Shown here in pieces: positions 13,801 to 27,600 of a DNA stretch of 64,000 bases. This DNA comes from Guillardia theta CCMP2712 (Eukaryota > Protista > Cryptophyta), in contig NW_005434654.1 in NCBI RefSeq assembly GCF_000315625.1, positions 870,523 to 934,522 of the forward strand. The letters run 5' to 3'. The position numbers were made by a program, and so were the translations under genes. The notes below the pieces were generated by a model, which did no database searches, was not told where the DNA came from, and saw only the letters and a program-made list of their open reading frames with translations. Every line of letters begins with the position of its first letter. Position 1 is the first letter of the stretch.

Positions 13801-16800
13801 GCTCATCGATGCTTCTCAAGTCCTTCTTGTAGAGGACATGAGCCAGTGTCTGCTTGTCGCTTTTGCTTCTGAGCTGGTTCAGGTCTCCCCGGTACTGACC
13901 TGGTTGCATGCTGGCCGAGATGTTGCAGTCGATGATCACTCGGTCGTCTTGGGTGTATGTGACGTCGCAGTACATGCTGGGTGTAGAGCTCGAGCCCGGG
14001 GCTTGAGTATCTGGTCCCTTTGGTGTAGTCTGAGTGCAGGGGCATACTTGCTGAAGGGGATACGTGCTGGAGCCCGGTACGTCACAGTGCGTTGAGTTCT
14101 TGAAGTAGCAGATTCCCTGGGTGCTGCAACATGGGTCCTTGGTATTGTTTCCGCAATGGGACACGGGACAGGCAGATGGGCAAGTCCCTACGCCCGACGA
14201 GACTGAAGGCATCCCTCCGTACACGCCCGACATGGTCTTGGGGTCAAAGCAAGAGCACGTCCAGCTGATGCAGTAGCTCGAGGGGCACCAGTCCGGAGCG
14301 AACGAGTTGGTCTTTCCAGGGCCGCACTTGGGAAGAAAAGGAGGGCCGCCATTCTGCGAGCAGATGACTCCTTCGTCGGTGTATCCGATGTTGGGGTTAC
14401 AAACCGAGCACACCCGATACAGATTGGTCGGGCACAGACAGGCTGGCACGTCCTTGGGGCAGTTCGGTATGTCCTGGCACTGGCAGATACCGGTCTGCGA
14501 GATCGCAGTCTGAAAGCTCGTATCGCTCATTTGAGAGGCTGCACAGTCCGTGTCAAAGTACTCGCAGTTCCCGAAGGTACACGAGTCTGCACGGGGGCAG
14601 CCCGAGCAGTAGTCCGTCAAGTTTTGACTTTGACACTCCGAGCCTCCGCCGGTAGCTGTGTTCACGACCAGACCATTGCGAATGGGTTGATCAAACGTCA
14701 GCTCGATCAGAAGCAGGCTGCTGTACGAGGACCCGACCGACGTGTTGTACATGCTCTCCTTGACAGGCTTGGCAACGTGATGCATCTGCACGTCGTAGTC
14801 CTGCCATCATCATCAGCACACTGGCCATCCCGCGCACACGCTCATCGCAGAGTCTTGAGAGCACCTGCATGGGAAGCCCGCTCACAGGATCTCGTGCAGC
14901 CGGCGTCCGCTTGCCAGTCTTGTCCATGGGGTACAGAAAGGCGTAGGGGTTACAGCGCGAGGGATCAGAAAGATCCGGGCATGCGGGCCACCAAAGACGG
15001 AAGTTATCAATGTAGCCTTTGAACAGCTTGAGCGTCTCCGAGGCCGCCGGGTTTCCCCCTCCGATGTAGATGTCGGAGATGCCCTGTGACAAGCGGAGGG
15101 AGTTGCTGATGTCAAGAGACAAGAAGTTCCTTCCCTGCTCTGACACGCTGCTGCCGTCAAGAAACATGAATGCTTGCGTCAGCACAGCGTCGGGATAGGG
15201 GTTGGTCTGTGAGTAGAGCCTACCAAACCTCAGCGTGAAGCACACATGGTGCCACACGCCCAGCACGCTGCTTGGTATCGGGCCCCAAGTCTTCACCACC
15301 ACGTCCTGACTATCCGGCAAGAGCGTCAGCCTCACGAAGAGACTGTTGCCCGAGGCATAAACAGTCCAGCGCAGCAACGACAGTACCCCGTTGTAGGCAT
15401 CAAGCAGCACAACGCCAGCTGGATCTTGGCTTTGAAGTTGTACCCACATGTCGATCCACAGCGTCCCCAAGCCCGTCGATGACTGGCACCTACACACCCG
15501 TCATGCAGGACCTCGCGCATCAGCTGCTGGCTTACCAGGAAGGCAGGGTCATGGCTATGATGCTGGTGATCCCATCGAAGCTTGCCATCTTGTCTTTGGC
15601 GCTCGACTCCTGAGACATCCAGCCCTCTGTCAGTACCAAGCATCGCTCTCACGAGCAGGCGCTTACCGCTTCTGCCGAGTCCATGACCCACAAGTCATTC
15701 CTGGGCTGAGGGAGGTTGCAGCTCCCTTGCTTGCCCGGACAGTCGATGGACGCTCCTCCGAACAAGACGATGGGCTTCAAGTACTGTCCGAACGACTCCA
15801 TGACTGTCAGGGTAGCGAACGCGCGATCCGTCGGCCACGAGCTTGCTGTTTGAACCTGCTTCCATTCCAGGGTGAACATGCTCAGACTCCACATCGTGCT
15901 GGTGCTCTGGAACCCCGGGATAGACCCGGCTGCGTTCGAGCATTGAGACCCTGCTAGTCGAAGACCGCCGAAGACAAACTGGTATGATCCCTCGCTCGTG
16001 TACGCCGCAAACACGAGCGGCTCGGGGGCGTACACCTGAAGCGGCTTGGCCGCGCACGAGGCATCCGTACCGTAGATGCATCGCCAAGTCTGAGCAGAAA
16101 GATCGAGGGCCCAGAGGTCTTGGAAGATCTCCTGCTCAGACATCCCTTGAGCAACGTACATGGTCGATGACGTCGAGTCATAGAACGCGACGTGCCCACA
16201 CCGAGCCGAGGGGCTGTTTCCGGTCTGCAGCGCTGCAGCAGCGTATCAGACACTCGACCAGCAAGGGCGCAGCCCCGCCCGTCACCTGACTGCCAGCCGC
16301 TGGATGTCTTGAACAAGGCCAGGTGACCAGCCGCCAAGGAGTCCTTGTCAAGACCGCCGAAGATCATCACCTCCGTCGAAGAGATTACGCCGCTCGATAT
16401 GTAGCTCGCGAGCGGCGACGCGTCTGACGACCCGTACTGACTCCACACGAGAGTCAGGATGTCGAACATCCATGTATCCGACAGGACCTGTGACATGTAC
16501 ATCAGCGCATGGCGCCATGACCCCGCCAGCATCCCCGACACGAGAGTCCAAGACTTACCGAGGATGCTCCCACGCCTTCGGGGCCTTGCCCGCCGTGTAC
16601 ATAGATCTGAAACCCGGCCATCCACATGGCGTGGTATGCTCGAGCCGATGGTGAGGCCGAGATGGGCATGATTTCTACCCATCGCGCGGCTGATCGATTG
16701 GTGTACTGCTTGAGCACCCAGAAGCTGGACTGAGGGGTCTGCGATTCCCCATCGTCTACTATCCCGTCAAAGACAAAGAGCTCCTGCAGACTGACATGGA

Positions 16801-17620
16801 ATGCACTGGCGTGCCCATGCCGAGGATGGGGGAGTAGAGAGCTTGTGGGGTTGCAGCTGCTCCATGTCCGCGTGGTAGGAGAGGACACGTTGAGGTACCA
16901 GCAGTCGTTCAGACTCTTGCCCACGGCCATCCCCACTCCCCCGAAGACGAAAACAACTTGATTCCTGTCGTCATATGCCATGCTATGGCCGTACCGGTTC
17001 TCGGGCCCAGGCCCGTCGAACCGCATCGGGTCCCACGTGGGTTGCGGGCTGATGATAAACCTCCAGCAGTCTAGCAGCCCTCTCCCCATGGATGATTTCT
17101 GCGGTGTCGCGAAGCCTCCGCACAGGAGGGCCGACGCCCCCACCGATATCATCGTATGCTGTGCACGCGGGCCGGGGACATGCCGGTTGATGGTGCTCGC
17201 AGCACACTGAGCATCGTAGATCGTATGGTTCGGGAAGAAGACTACTTCCTCCCAGCTGTTGGCTGCCGAGTCATACTTCCAAGTATCCCCAAGCACTACC
17301 ATGGCGCTTCCTATGTTGTTGATCCTGCAAGCAGTACAGTGAGTCGCACGGGGCAGTGCAGGTCAGGCTTGTACATACCCGCCATGGAGGAAGACGAAGC
17401 CTTCAGAAGTGCTGAGCGTTGTAGTGGCGTAAGCGTAGCGAGGGGACGGACCGGATCCACCGGGCTGGATGAGCTGCCATTGGAGAGCTAGAGGGAAGAG
17501 GGGTTAAGCAGGCACAGGATGGGGGGCAGGCAGCCGGTACTTACGGAGGGCGAAGGTAGAGACGGAGAGAGACAAGACAAGGAGGAGTCGGAATCTTATT
17601 GTGCTTCGATAATTTCTCAT
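7856..17620 (-). CDS. Giant multi-exon predicted type-I membrane protein, copy A (signal peptide, kelch repeats, LamG-like, Cys-rich, kelch, filamin/Ig-like repeats, TM, short tail)
   Basis: ATG 17620 gives MRNYRSTIRFRLLLVLSLSVSTFAL. Kelch motifs P.PR.GH..FGG..ND.W. LamG-like WHHVCFT..FLDG..IYIGG..FKGYIDNFRLW. Filamin-like DNADGSYGTTY..SGSY..GSPF. TM FAPILCAVAAVGIQLLCMIG. Ends ...SLADHDH* (TAA 7858-7856). Confidence 0.85.
7863..17578. repeat. Left arm of a ~10 kb inverted duplication
   Basis: Reverse complement of 18733-28958. Paired ORF coordinates sum to 36311 (inner part) and 36824 (outer part). Confidence 0.97.
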
Positions 17621-18696
17621 TTCCTTTTTTCGGGAGTGTGGAATCGGCAATGAATTTAAACAACAATCAGGTTACAAGAGCGCAGGTCACGGAAGAAAAT
17701 GCAGTGAAGAACAATGGAGAATTAATTGATTAGTGGAAAAATTTGTAGCGCATGGTTATCTTCATGCATTTTTCTTCTCCGTTCTCCTTGTTCTACCCAT
17801 CCTGATCAGGCCATGATATCGGTATTTTAACTGCTGTGAGGGACGCAAATGGTTGTAGTGAGGATCGAATTGATGAAAATATTTCTCTTTTGGAAATCAG
17901 TGAAATGTGAAGTGTGACTATGATTGAAATTTAGTACAGATATTTGAAAATTTTGCCATTGCAAGATTCGTGATTTTGCAACGATTTCGAAGAAAGGATC
18001 CATCATTTGGCTTTAAGTAATATTTTACAGTACCAAGAGCTTGAATGGTTTTACTCCTGGCCTGCAAATCGGAAGGGTCATTTTTCCGGACGGGGTCAGA
18101 TCACAATTGAGTTGATAGATGAGGTGCTGATTTTTAACTTAACTTTGAGTAAAAGATGAGGTGCTAGTTATTACTACTGACTCAGTGAATAACTGCTTTT
18201 TTCTTTTTCTTGTCTGCGGGCCCCGAAAGACCCCCGTAAAGTGCCCGGCAGGTACCCCTAGACACCCCTACCCCCTACCCCACCCCCCGCTCCCCTATCC
18301 TTCATGTAAAAGTCACCAGGTATACTTCAATGTTAAAGTCCCAGTGTGACTTATCGGTTCCAGCAACCCTACCCCATGGATCGAGGTAAAACTGACCCCT
18401 CCCTTGCTCCTCTCCCCTCGCATTTTCCGCACAATCAAACCGCGATCATGTCCCCGTTGTCTCAGTCATCCCAGCCTCCTTTGAGCTTCAGGCACGAAGC
18501 AAACACTCATTGACTACATTCATCCAAGTTGATTCCTTACCAGTCCACGACTAGTTGCTTCAAAAACATCCTATCTCAATATCTAACAGTTCTCGAACAA
18601 GAACTGATACTTTAGGAACACATCACTTTTGTAGAGATTCCTTGCGGGTAAGACATGTATTGAATACAGACTTCGTGCTGAAACCAATACCCGAGA
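17621..18696. promoter_or_regulatory. Unique AT-rich divergent intergenic region between the two paralog start codons (presumed bidirectional promoter)
   Basis: Lies between head-to-head ATGs at 17620(-) and 18697(+). No credible ORF. Promoter role is inferred from position. Confidence 0.6.
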
Positions 18697-21600
18697 ATGA
18701 CAGAATATAATACTATCTTTGAAACAATCATCGTCTTGTCTCTCTCCGTCTCTACCTTCGCCCTCCGTAAGTACCGGCTGCCTGCCCCCCATCCTGTGCC
18801 TGCTTAACCCCTCTTCCCTCTAGCTCTCCAATGGCAGCTCATCCAGCCCGGTGGATCCGGTCCGTCCCCTCGCTACGCCTACGCCACTACAACGCTCAGC
18901 ACTTCTGAAGGCTTCGTCTTCCTCCATGGCGGGTATGTACAAGCCTGACCTGCACTCCCCCGTGCGACTCACTGTACTGCTTGCAGGATCAACAACATAG
19001 GAAGCTCCATGGTAGTGCTTGGGGATACTTGGAAGTATGACTCGGCAGCCAACAGCTGGGAGGAAGTAGTCTTCTTCCCGAACCATACGATCTACGATGC
19101 TCAGTGTGCTGCGAGCACCATCAACCGGCATGTCCCCGGCCCGCGTGCACAGCATACGATGATATCGGTGGGGGCGTCGGCCCTCCTGTGCGGAGGCTTC
19201 GCGACACCGCAGAAATCATCCATGGGGAGAGGGCTGCTAGACTGCTGGAGGTTTATCATCAGCCCGCAACCCACGTGGGACCCGATGCGGTTCGACGGGC
19301 CTGGGCCCGAGAACCGGTACGGCCATAGCATGGCATATGACGACAGGAATCAAGTTGTTTTCGTCTTCGGGGGAGTGGGGATGGCCGTGGGCAAGAGTCT
19401 GAACGACTGCTGGTACCTCAACGTGTCCTCTCCTACCACGCGGACATGGAGCAGCTGCAACCCCACAAGCTCTCTACTCCCCCATCCTCGGCATGGGCAC
19501 GCCAGTGCATTCCATGTCAGTCTGCAGGAGCTCTTTGTCTTTGACGGGATAGTAGACGATGGGGAATCGCAGACCCCTCAGTCCAGCTTCTGGGTGCTCA
19601 AGCAGTACACCAATCGATCAGCCGCGCGATGGGTAGAAATCATGCCCATCTCGGCCTCACCATCGGCTCGAGCATACCACGCCATGTGGATGGCCGGGTT
19701 TCAGATCTATGTACACGGCGGGCAAGGCCCCGAAGGCGTGGGAGCATCCTCGGTAAGTCTTGGACTCTCGTGTCGGGGATGCTGGCGGGGTCATGGCGCC
19801 ATGCGCTGATGTACATGTCACAGGTCCTGTCGGATACATGGATGTTCGACATCCTGACTCTCGTGTGGAGTCAGTACGGGTCGTCAGACGCGTCGCCGCT
19901 CGCGAGCTACATATCGAGCGGCGTAATCTCTTCGACGGAGGTGATGATCTTCGGCGGTCTTGACAAGGACTCCTTGGCGGCTGGTCACCTGGCCTTGTTC
20001 AAGACATCCAGCGGCTGGCAGTCAGGTGACGGGCGGGGCTGCGCCCTTGCTGGTCGAGTGTCTGATACGCTGCTGCAGCGCTGCAGACCGGAAACAGCCC
20101 CTCGGCTCGGTGTGGGCACGTCGCGTTCTATGACTCGACGTCATCGACCATGTACGTTGCTCAAGGGATGTCTGAGCAGGAGATCTTCCAAGACCTCTGG
20201 GCCCTCGATCTTTCTGCTCAGACTTGGCGATGCATCTACGGTACGGATGCCTCGTGCGCGGCCAAGCCGCTTCAGGTGTACGCCCCCGAGCCGCTCGTGT
20301 TTGCGGCGTACACGAGCGAGGGATCATACCAGTTTGTCTTCGGCGGTCTTCGACCAGCAGGGTCTCAATGCTCGAACGCAGCCGGGTCTATCCCGGGGTT
20401 CCAGAGCACCAGCACGATGTGGAGTCTGAGCATGTTCACCCTGGAATGGAAGCAGGTTCAAACAGCAAGCTCGTGGCCGACGGATCGCGCGTTCGCTACC
20501 CTGACAGTCATGGAGTCGTTCGGACAGTACTTGAAGCCCATCGTCTTGTTCGGAGGAGCGTCCATCGACTGTCCGGGCAAGCAAGGGAGCTGCAACCTCC
20601 CTCAGCCCAGGAATGACTTGTGGGTCATGGACTCGGCAGAAGCGGTAAGCGCCTGCTCGTGAGAGCGATGCTTGGTACTGACAGAGGGCTGGATGTCTCA
20701 GGAGTCGAGCGCCAAAGACAAGATGGCAAGCTTCGATGGGATCACCAGCATCATAGCCATGACCCTGCCTTCCTGGTAAGCCAGCAGCTGATGCGCGAGG
20801 TCCTGCATGACGGGTGTGTAGGTGCCAGTCATCGACGGGCTTGGGGACGCTGTGGATCGACATGTGGGTACAACTTCAAAGCCAAGATCCAGCTGGCGTT
20901 GTGCTGCTTGATGCCTACAACGGGGTACTGTCGTTGCTGCGCTGGACTGTTTATGCCTCGGGCAACAGTCTCTTCGTGAGGCTGACGCTCTTGCCGGATA
21001 GTCAGGACGTGGTGGTGAAGACTTGGGGCCCGATACCAAGCAGCGTGCTGGGCGTGTGGCACCATGTGTGCTTCACGCTGAGGTTTGGTAGGCTCTACTC
21101 ACAGACCAACCCCTATCCCGACGCTGTGCTGACGCAAGCATTCATGTTTCTTGACGGCAGCAGCGTGTCAGAGCAGGGAAGGAACTTCTTGTCTCTTGAC
21201 ATCAGCAACTCCCTCCGCTTGTCACAGGGCATCTCCGACATCTACATCGGAGGGGGAAACCCGGCGGCCTCGGAGACGCTCAAGCTGTTCAAAGGCTACA
21301 TTGATAACTTCCGTCTTTGGTGGCCCGCATGCCCGGATCTTTCTGATCCCTCGCGCTGTAACCCCTACGCCTTTCTGTACCCCATGGACAAGACTGGCAA
21401 GCGGACGCCGGCTGCACGAGATCCTGTGAGCGGGCTTCCCATGCAGGTGCTCTCAAGACTCTGCGATGAGCGTGTGCGCGGGATGGCCAGTGTGCTGATG
21501 ATGATGGCAGGACTACGACGTGCAGATGCATCACGTTGCCAAGCCTGTCAAGGAGAGCATGTACAACACGTCGGTCGGGTCCTCGTACAGCAGCCTGCTT

Positions 21601-24600
21601 CTGATCGAGCTGACGTTTGATCAACCCATTCGCAATGGTCTGGTCGTGAACACAGCTACCGGCGGAGGCTCGGAGTGTCAAAGTCAAAACTTGACGGACT
21701 ACTGCTCGGGCTGCCCCCGTGCAGACTCGTGTACCTTCGGGAACTGCGAGTACTTTGACACGGACTGTGCAGCCTCTCAAATGAGCGATACGAGCTTTCA
21801 GACTGCGATCTCGCAGACCGGTATCTGCCAGTGCCAGGACATACCGAACTGCCCCAAGGACGTGCCAGCCTGTCTGTGCCCGACCAATCTGTATCGGGTG
21901 TGCTCGGTTTGTAACCCCAACATCGGATACACCGACGAAGGAGTCATCTGCTCGCAGAATGGCGGCCCTCCTTTTCTTCCCAAGTGCGGCCCTGGAAAGA
22001 CCAACTCGTTCGCTCCGGACTGGTGCCCCTCGAGCTACTGCATCAGCTGGACGTGCTCTTGCTTTGACCCCAAGACCATGTCGGGCGTGTACGGAGGGAT
22101 GCCTTCAGTCTCGTCGGGCGTAGGGACTTGCCCATCTGCCTGTCCCGTGTCCCATTGCGGAAACAATACCAAGGACCCATGTTGCAGCACCCAGGGAATC
22201 TGCTACTTCAAGAACTCAACGCACTGTGACGTACCGGGCTCCAGCACGTATCCCCTTCAGCAAGTATGCCCCTGCACTCAGACTACACCAAAGGGACCAG
22301 ATACTCAAGCCCCGGGCTCGAGCTCTACACCCAGCATGTACTGCGACGTCACATACACCCAAGACGACCGAGTGATCATCGACTGCAACATCTCGGCCAG
22401 CATGCAACCAGGTCAGTACAGGGGAGACCTGAACCAGCTCAGAAGCAAAAGCGACAAGCAGACACTGGCTCATGCCCTCTACAAGAAGGACTTGAGAAGC
22501 ATCGATGAGCTTGAGTCGTTTGTACGAGAGGTGATGGATGGGCGCAAGCGAGAGGGGGTCAAAAGCTCAGGCTCGAGGACGCTCAAGGCACTTGGTCTAG
22601 ACCCTTCAGCTGAAATAAGTTACCAGCTAGATGTCCTTCATCCGTCTGCCAATCACAATGGAACTGCCACAACGACAACGTCGTCGAACAGCTCGTCGTC
22701 TTCGTCATCATCGAACAGCTCGTCGTCTTCGTCATCATCGAACAGCTCGTCGTCTTCGTCATCATCGAACAGCTCGTCGTCTTCGTCATCATCGAACAGC
22801 TCGTCGTCTTCGTTGTCATCGAACAGCTCGTCGTCTTCGTCGTCATCGAACAGCTCATCGTCGTCGTCATTGTCGAATACATCATCCACCGGTTCGGTGA
22901 GCAAGCATACCACCAGTGATTCATCCTCAAACTCGTCTTCTGCCAGTTCGTCGAACCATACTGCTAATACCAGCTCCACCACTACCTCAAATGACAAGAC
23001 AACTACAATAAGTGGAGGTCAATCGTCCGGTGAATCATCAGGCAACAGCTCAAACACCAGCACTACTTCAAATGACCAGACGAACAATGTTGGAAACTCT
23101 CATTTGCCAGCAAGTAACTCAGAGTCAGAATTGTCCACCAACAGCACAACCTCAAATCATTCATCGTCAAAAAATAACCATACTACAGGCTTGTCTGAAT
23201 CTTCTGGAAGCAATCCAGGCTCGTCTGCAAATAGCAATTCGAACAGTCAGAGCAATCAGGCTCAAGGTCCTCCATCCTGCAGCCCATACTATCCCTTCTC
23301 ATTCACTGGCGACGAGACCACCAGACTCCATGGTGCAGACAACCAGATCACCCTGTCGTTTGTCTTCTCCTCCAGCCAGGGCAACCAAGGCTCGAACGGT
23401 TTCAAAGTTAATCAGCCTGGAGGAACCGACGTGACCATCACCGGGCTCGTGGGCTCTCAGACTGCTGGCAACGATACGCTGTTGAACGTGAGCTGCAAGG
23501 CTCCTACCTCGACCTACTGCAGCTGGAGCGGAGTCAACAACCCGCAGGCTTCCTGTAAGTCCAATTGCGACGGAATAAGTGCGACAGGCGGCAGCTCGAC
23601 TGCAGGTCAGGTGTTGTGGACTCAGAGCACGGGCACGATCTCCTTCTACATCATCACGGACATGCAGCAAGATGGCAACCAAGAGCTGTACTTGAATATC
23701 TCTCTCACGCTCAAGAACCGTGCTACCGCTCAACCTCCTCGCTTCCCGTCTGCTGCCATGTGCAGGTACAACCCAGCGAGTCAGAAAGTCGTCTACTCCA
23801 ACTCCAACGGTCTGCTCGCCTCCAACGAGTGGATCCTCTCGCAAGACACGATACAACTGCAGTACGAGACGACAACCACAGACACACTCTACATCACAAA
23901 CCTCTCAACCACAAACAACATCAACCCCCGAGTGTCTCTCACTTGGCCAGCGAATGGGTTTGATCGGCGCATGTACAACTCGTTGCCAAGCTCGTCGCAG
24001 TTCTCTGGGCTCGAGCAAACGAGCTTGGAGTTCTCCTGGCATGGCTCGAGCATGCAAGGGTGGGTGACCTTTCAGCTAGATCAGAGCGCCATGAGACGAC
24101 AGGGAGGATGCGTCTCATCCGACACGCTGCAGATCTGTCTCCCTGGATACTCAGCCATCTCGCTGTACAACGACTCGCTTCAAGGCTGGGCTACTGTCGA
24201 CCCTCCCTCCTCCTTCCTTGACTCGAGTGCACTAGTCAAGCTCAACTCCTCCTACTCCTACTGGGCTCCGACGACAGTCGTGCCGTGCTGCGACATGGGA
24301 GGGGCAGGAAAGTCATGCGGGGAGAAGGTTTGCTACACGAGCCAACAAGCTCATAGCTCGTCGACCATCGTGATGGGAGGCGGCACCGCTACCAAGATGC
24401 CTTCCATCCTACCCACCACCCGACCCGCCATGAGCTCCTTGACGGACTTCGAGCGCTACTTGACCCACACGCAAGCAAACAGCTCCAAGTTCGCGTCTAG
24501 AGCTCCATTCCTTCAGATCTGTCCAGGAGGCTCCGCGACTTGCTCGCCGACGGTGTTCGATCTGAGCTGGATCCCAGCTCGCTTCGGGCATGCCACCGCT

Positions 24601-27600
24601 GCCGTCTCCAAGAGCAAACTCTTGATATACGGAGGCATCGGGTGCGCGACCTACTCGACATCAGGCGCCAGTCAAGTGTGCGTCGCTTTGACGAGCCCCC
24701 TCAACGACCTCTGGATGCTCGACCTGCAGAAGGCGCTCAAAGGCTTCAGCCCCTTCACCCTCCTCGAGATCAACCCGTCCGGACAGGGCAGAGTCGGCTT
24801 GTCACTGTACGCCAGCTTGGCGTCCGGCTATCAAGCCTACACCATCGGGGGCTTGTCTTCGCAGTTCCTGCCGCTTGCCCTGATCGGCAACTACTCCTTG
24901 ACGACGTCCATCTCTGATCCGATGACCATTGACGCCTTGGAGTACCTGGTGGGGAAACGCGTGGCGTATACCATGAGCGGTGCAGTGCACAGCTTCTTCT
25001 CGCAAGTGTCCAACTCCACGCATGCGATTCTGTTCGGAGGCTTCGTGCAAAACTCTCTCAGCAACAGTATCTACACTGTAGATGTCTCTTCCTCGAGCCT
25101 GTCGCAGGCTCTCTCCAACCTTCCTGTCCTTGCCGAAGGCCCTCCCTCGCGAAGCTACGCGGGTCTGGCAAGCCTCAACGAGTACACCCTGGTCATGATG
25201 GGCGGCACTCAGAATCAGAAGGGACTCAACGACCTCTGGAAGTTTGACCTCTTCAGCCGGTCGTGGACCAACGTGGACCAGAGCTTGAAGAGCGAGGTCA
25301 AGACCTACTTCGCTTTCACCACCTTCCAGGCCAATCAGACTGCTACTGTCCTCGTGTCCCATGGCGGCATCTTGAACAACTTCAAACCAGGCCTGACGTT
25401 CGCAGCTCGAGGGGCCATCGCTGACTCCAGCAACCAGGTCACCTCGACGTCAGCTATCTTGGTCTTCAACAACAATCAGCTCTCTCAGTTCAAGCTCATC
25501 TTTCAAACTAGCGGCGCTTACAGCGTCATCCCTGCGCGCTGCCTGCACACCATCATCAACGATGCGTTCATATCCGGAAGTCAGGCCGGGCTGATCTATG
25601 GAGGGGTGGACGTGAACGGACAAGCGCTGGGAGACTTCTGGTACCTCGACACAGCGAAGATTGACAACGGATACACGATCTCGCTGATCCTCAATGGTGT
25701 CACCTCGTCCTTCGACTCCAGCACCTTCTACGGCTTCGTCTCCAGCAACTTCTTCCCTTCTCCGCAGTACCCACCAGTAGCAACCACGTCCATGAGCTAC
25801 ATCTACAACTTGAATGCACAAGTCCTCTCTAACAGCAGGTTGAACATCACCTTCGTCACCGGAAGCGATCTCTTCCGCCAGATCATGACACGTCTGAGTG
25901 ACTCATCCTCCTGGCAAAACAGTCTGCAGACTTACATGACGCGGTCGTACGCCACAAACAACTCTTTCCTGCAGACCTCCACCTGGTCCAAGACAAGCTA
26001 TCTGGGGCAGTACTACATGATTGGAGGAGCAGCACAGTTTTCCCAGCTGAGCTCCTGCAAGTCAGGTAAGCGCCCTCGCTCGCGCCCTCTTGTCCTTGAC
26101 TCGACTGGTTCATCTGTGTGCAGGCGCGTGCATGAGAGGCATCTGTCAGAACTTCACCTCCCCGCCCTCGTCAGTCACCTACTGCTATGGCTCCTCCAAC
26201 CCCACTGGCTGTACTGCGGGCACCACCAGCTGCTCACTGCCAGGGCCGCTGCATGGACACTCGACCGTGTCTGTGAACCTGCAGGGAAAGGTGAGTCCCC
26301 TTGAGCTCTCGCGGCCCTGGCTCAGACCATGTTGCCCAGTTCCTCCTCCTGATGATGTTCGGCGGAGAGTCCACCGACCTCGCCAACAGAACCGCGACAT
26401 GGGACCTCAGCTCCGACGTCCACACGACTTTCTTCTCTTCCAAGCAGGCGACCTTTGCCAAGCTCTACACCTCATGCCACACTGGAGGCGCCTGCCCCCA
26501 GGCGAGGAGGGATGCTGCCGTTACCACCATGTCCAACTCAGCGAGCAGCAACGGGGTTCTGCTGGTGTATGGAGGGTTCGGATGCGGCAACCCCAAAGGA
26601 TGCGTCGGCTCAGGCATGTACGACCTGATGAACGGAAACTTCCCCACCTACGCGACGGCGTTCAACGACTTATGGTACCTGATCGCAGCGACTCCGCACC
26701 TCGAGGGTTCTCTGACCTCCAAGCTCGCCCAGGTATCTCAACCTTACCAACCTCGACTCTACCTGCGTCCAACAAGGCAAGTGCACGACGAGCCTGACAT
26801 GGGTGCTGGTACGCTGACCTGCTCCTGTCGCTCGGCATGCTGAAAGGTTCTCAGGTGGATGTTCCGGGCAGCAAGCCTTCAGGCAGCATCGCGTCTAGCA
26901 TCAAGCTCGACAGCATCAACCTCTACATCTACATCTTCGTGAGCCGAGTGACTCTCAAGCTGCAAGTGTGCTGACGCCTTTGGTGGGCAGGGAGGGACAC
27001 AAGTGGTCGATGACGTGCCCAAGGACAGCAGCGACCTCTTCGTGTTCCAGACCAAGACGCCTTTCTACAAGAGCTGCCGCGCCAGTGGCGATGGCCTCAC
27101 GGCTGCGGTTGCAGGATCGAAATCCTTCTTCTCGCTGTCGTGTCGGGTGAGACCTGCCGGAGGTCAGCGCGTGCTAGTGACCTGCGATGGTCTTGTTGCA
27201 GGACGTCTTCGGTAGAAGCGCAGATGGAGCTAGATTCAGGATCGACGTCACAGGGACCAACCTCCCCAGCATGTCCCCATCCACCATCTCCCTTGGCTCG
27301 GGAAGCTATCAGTCCGCATACTCGCCCGTCAAGGCCGGAACCTACACCATCTCCATCTACGTCGGCAAAGGGGGGCAGGAGTACCAGGACCTCATTGCCG
27401 GCGATGCGAGCGCAAGCCAGACGAATCCAAACCCATACACCCTCGTGGTGTCCCCGGCAGTCACTTCCCCGTCCTCTTCTGTGGCGCGGGGAACCTTCCT
27501 CACCATCTCGACGGCAGGAACGTCGTCAAGCTTCATCATCACTGCTCGAGACGAGTTTCTCAACCGAAGGCCCGGTGGAGACTCCGTCTCCGTGCTGCTG

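Noticed and set aside
22684-22878. Regular 27-bp repeats as a CRISPR-like array
   Set aside because: Contiguous tandem units with no unique spacers, in frame inside a coding exon, and no cas genes.
22653-22997. Antisense ORFs such as (DDDEDDELF)n and the many 60-200 aa overlapping ORFs in the track
   Set aside because: Shadow frames of GC-rich or repetitive coding sequence and low-complexity tracts, with no independent domain signal.
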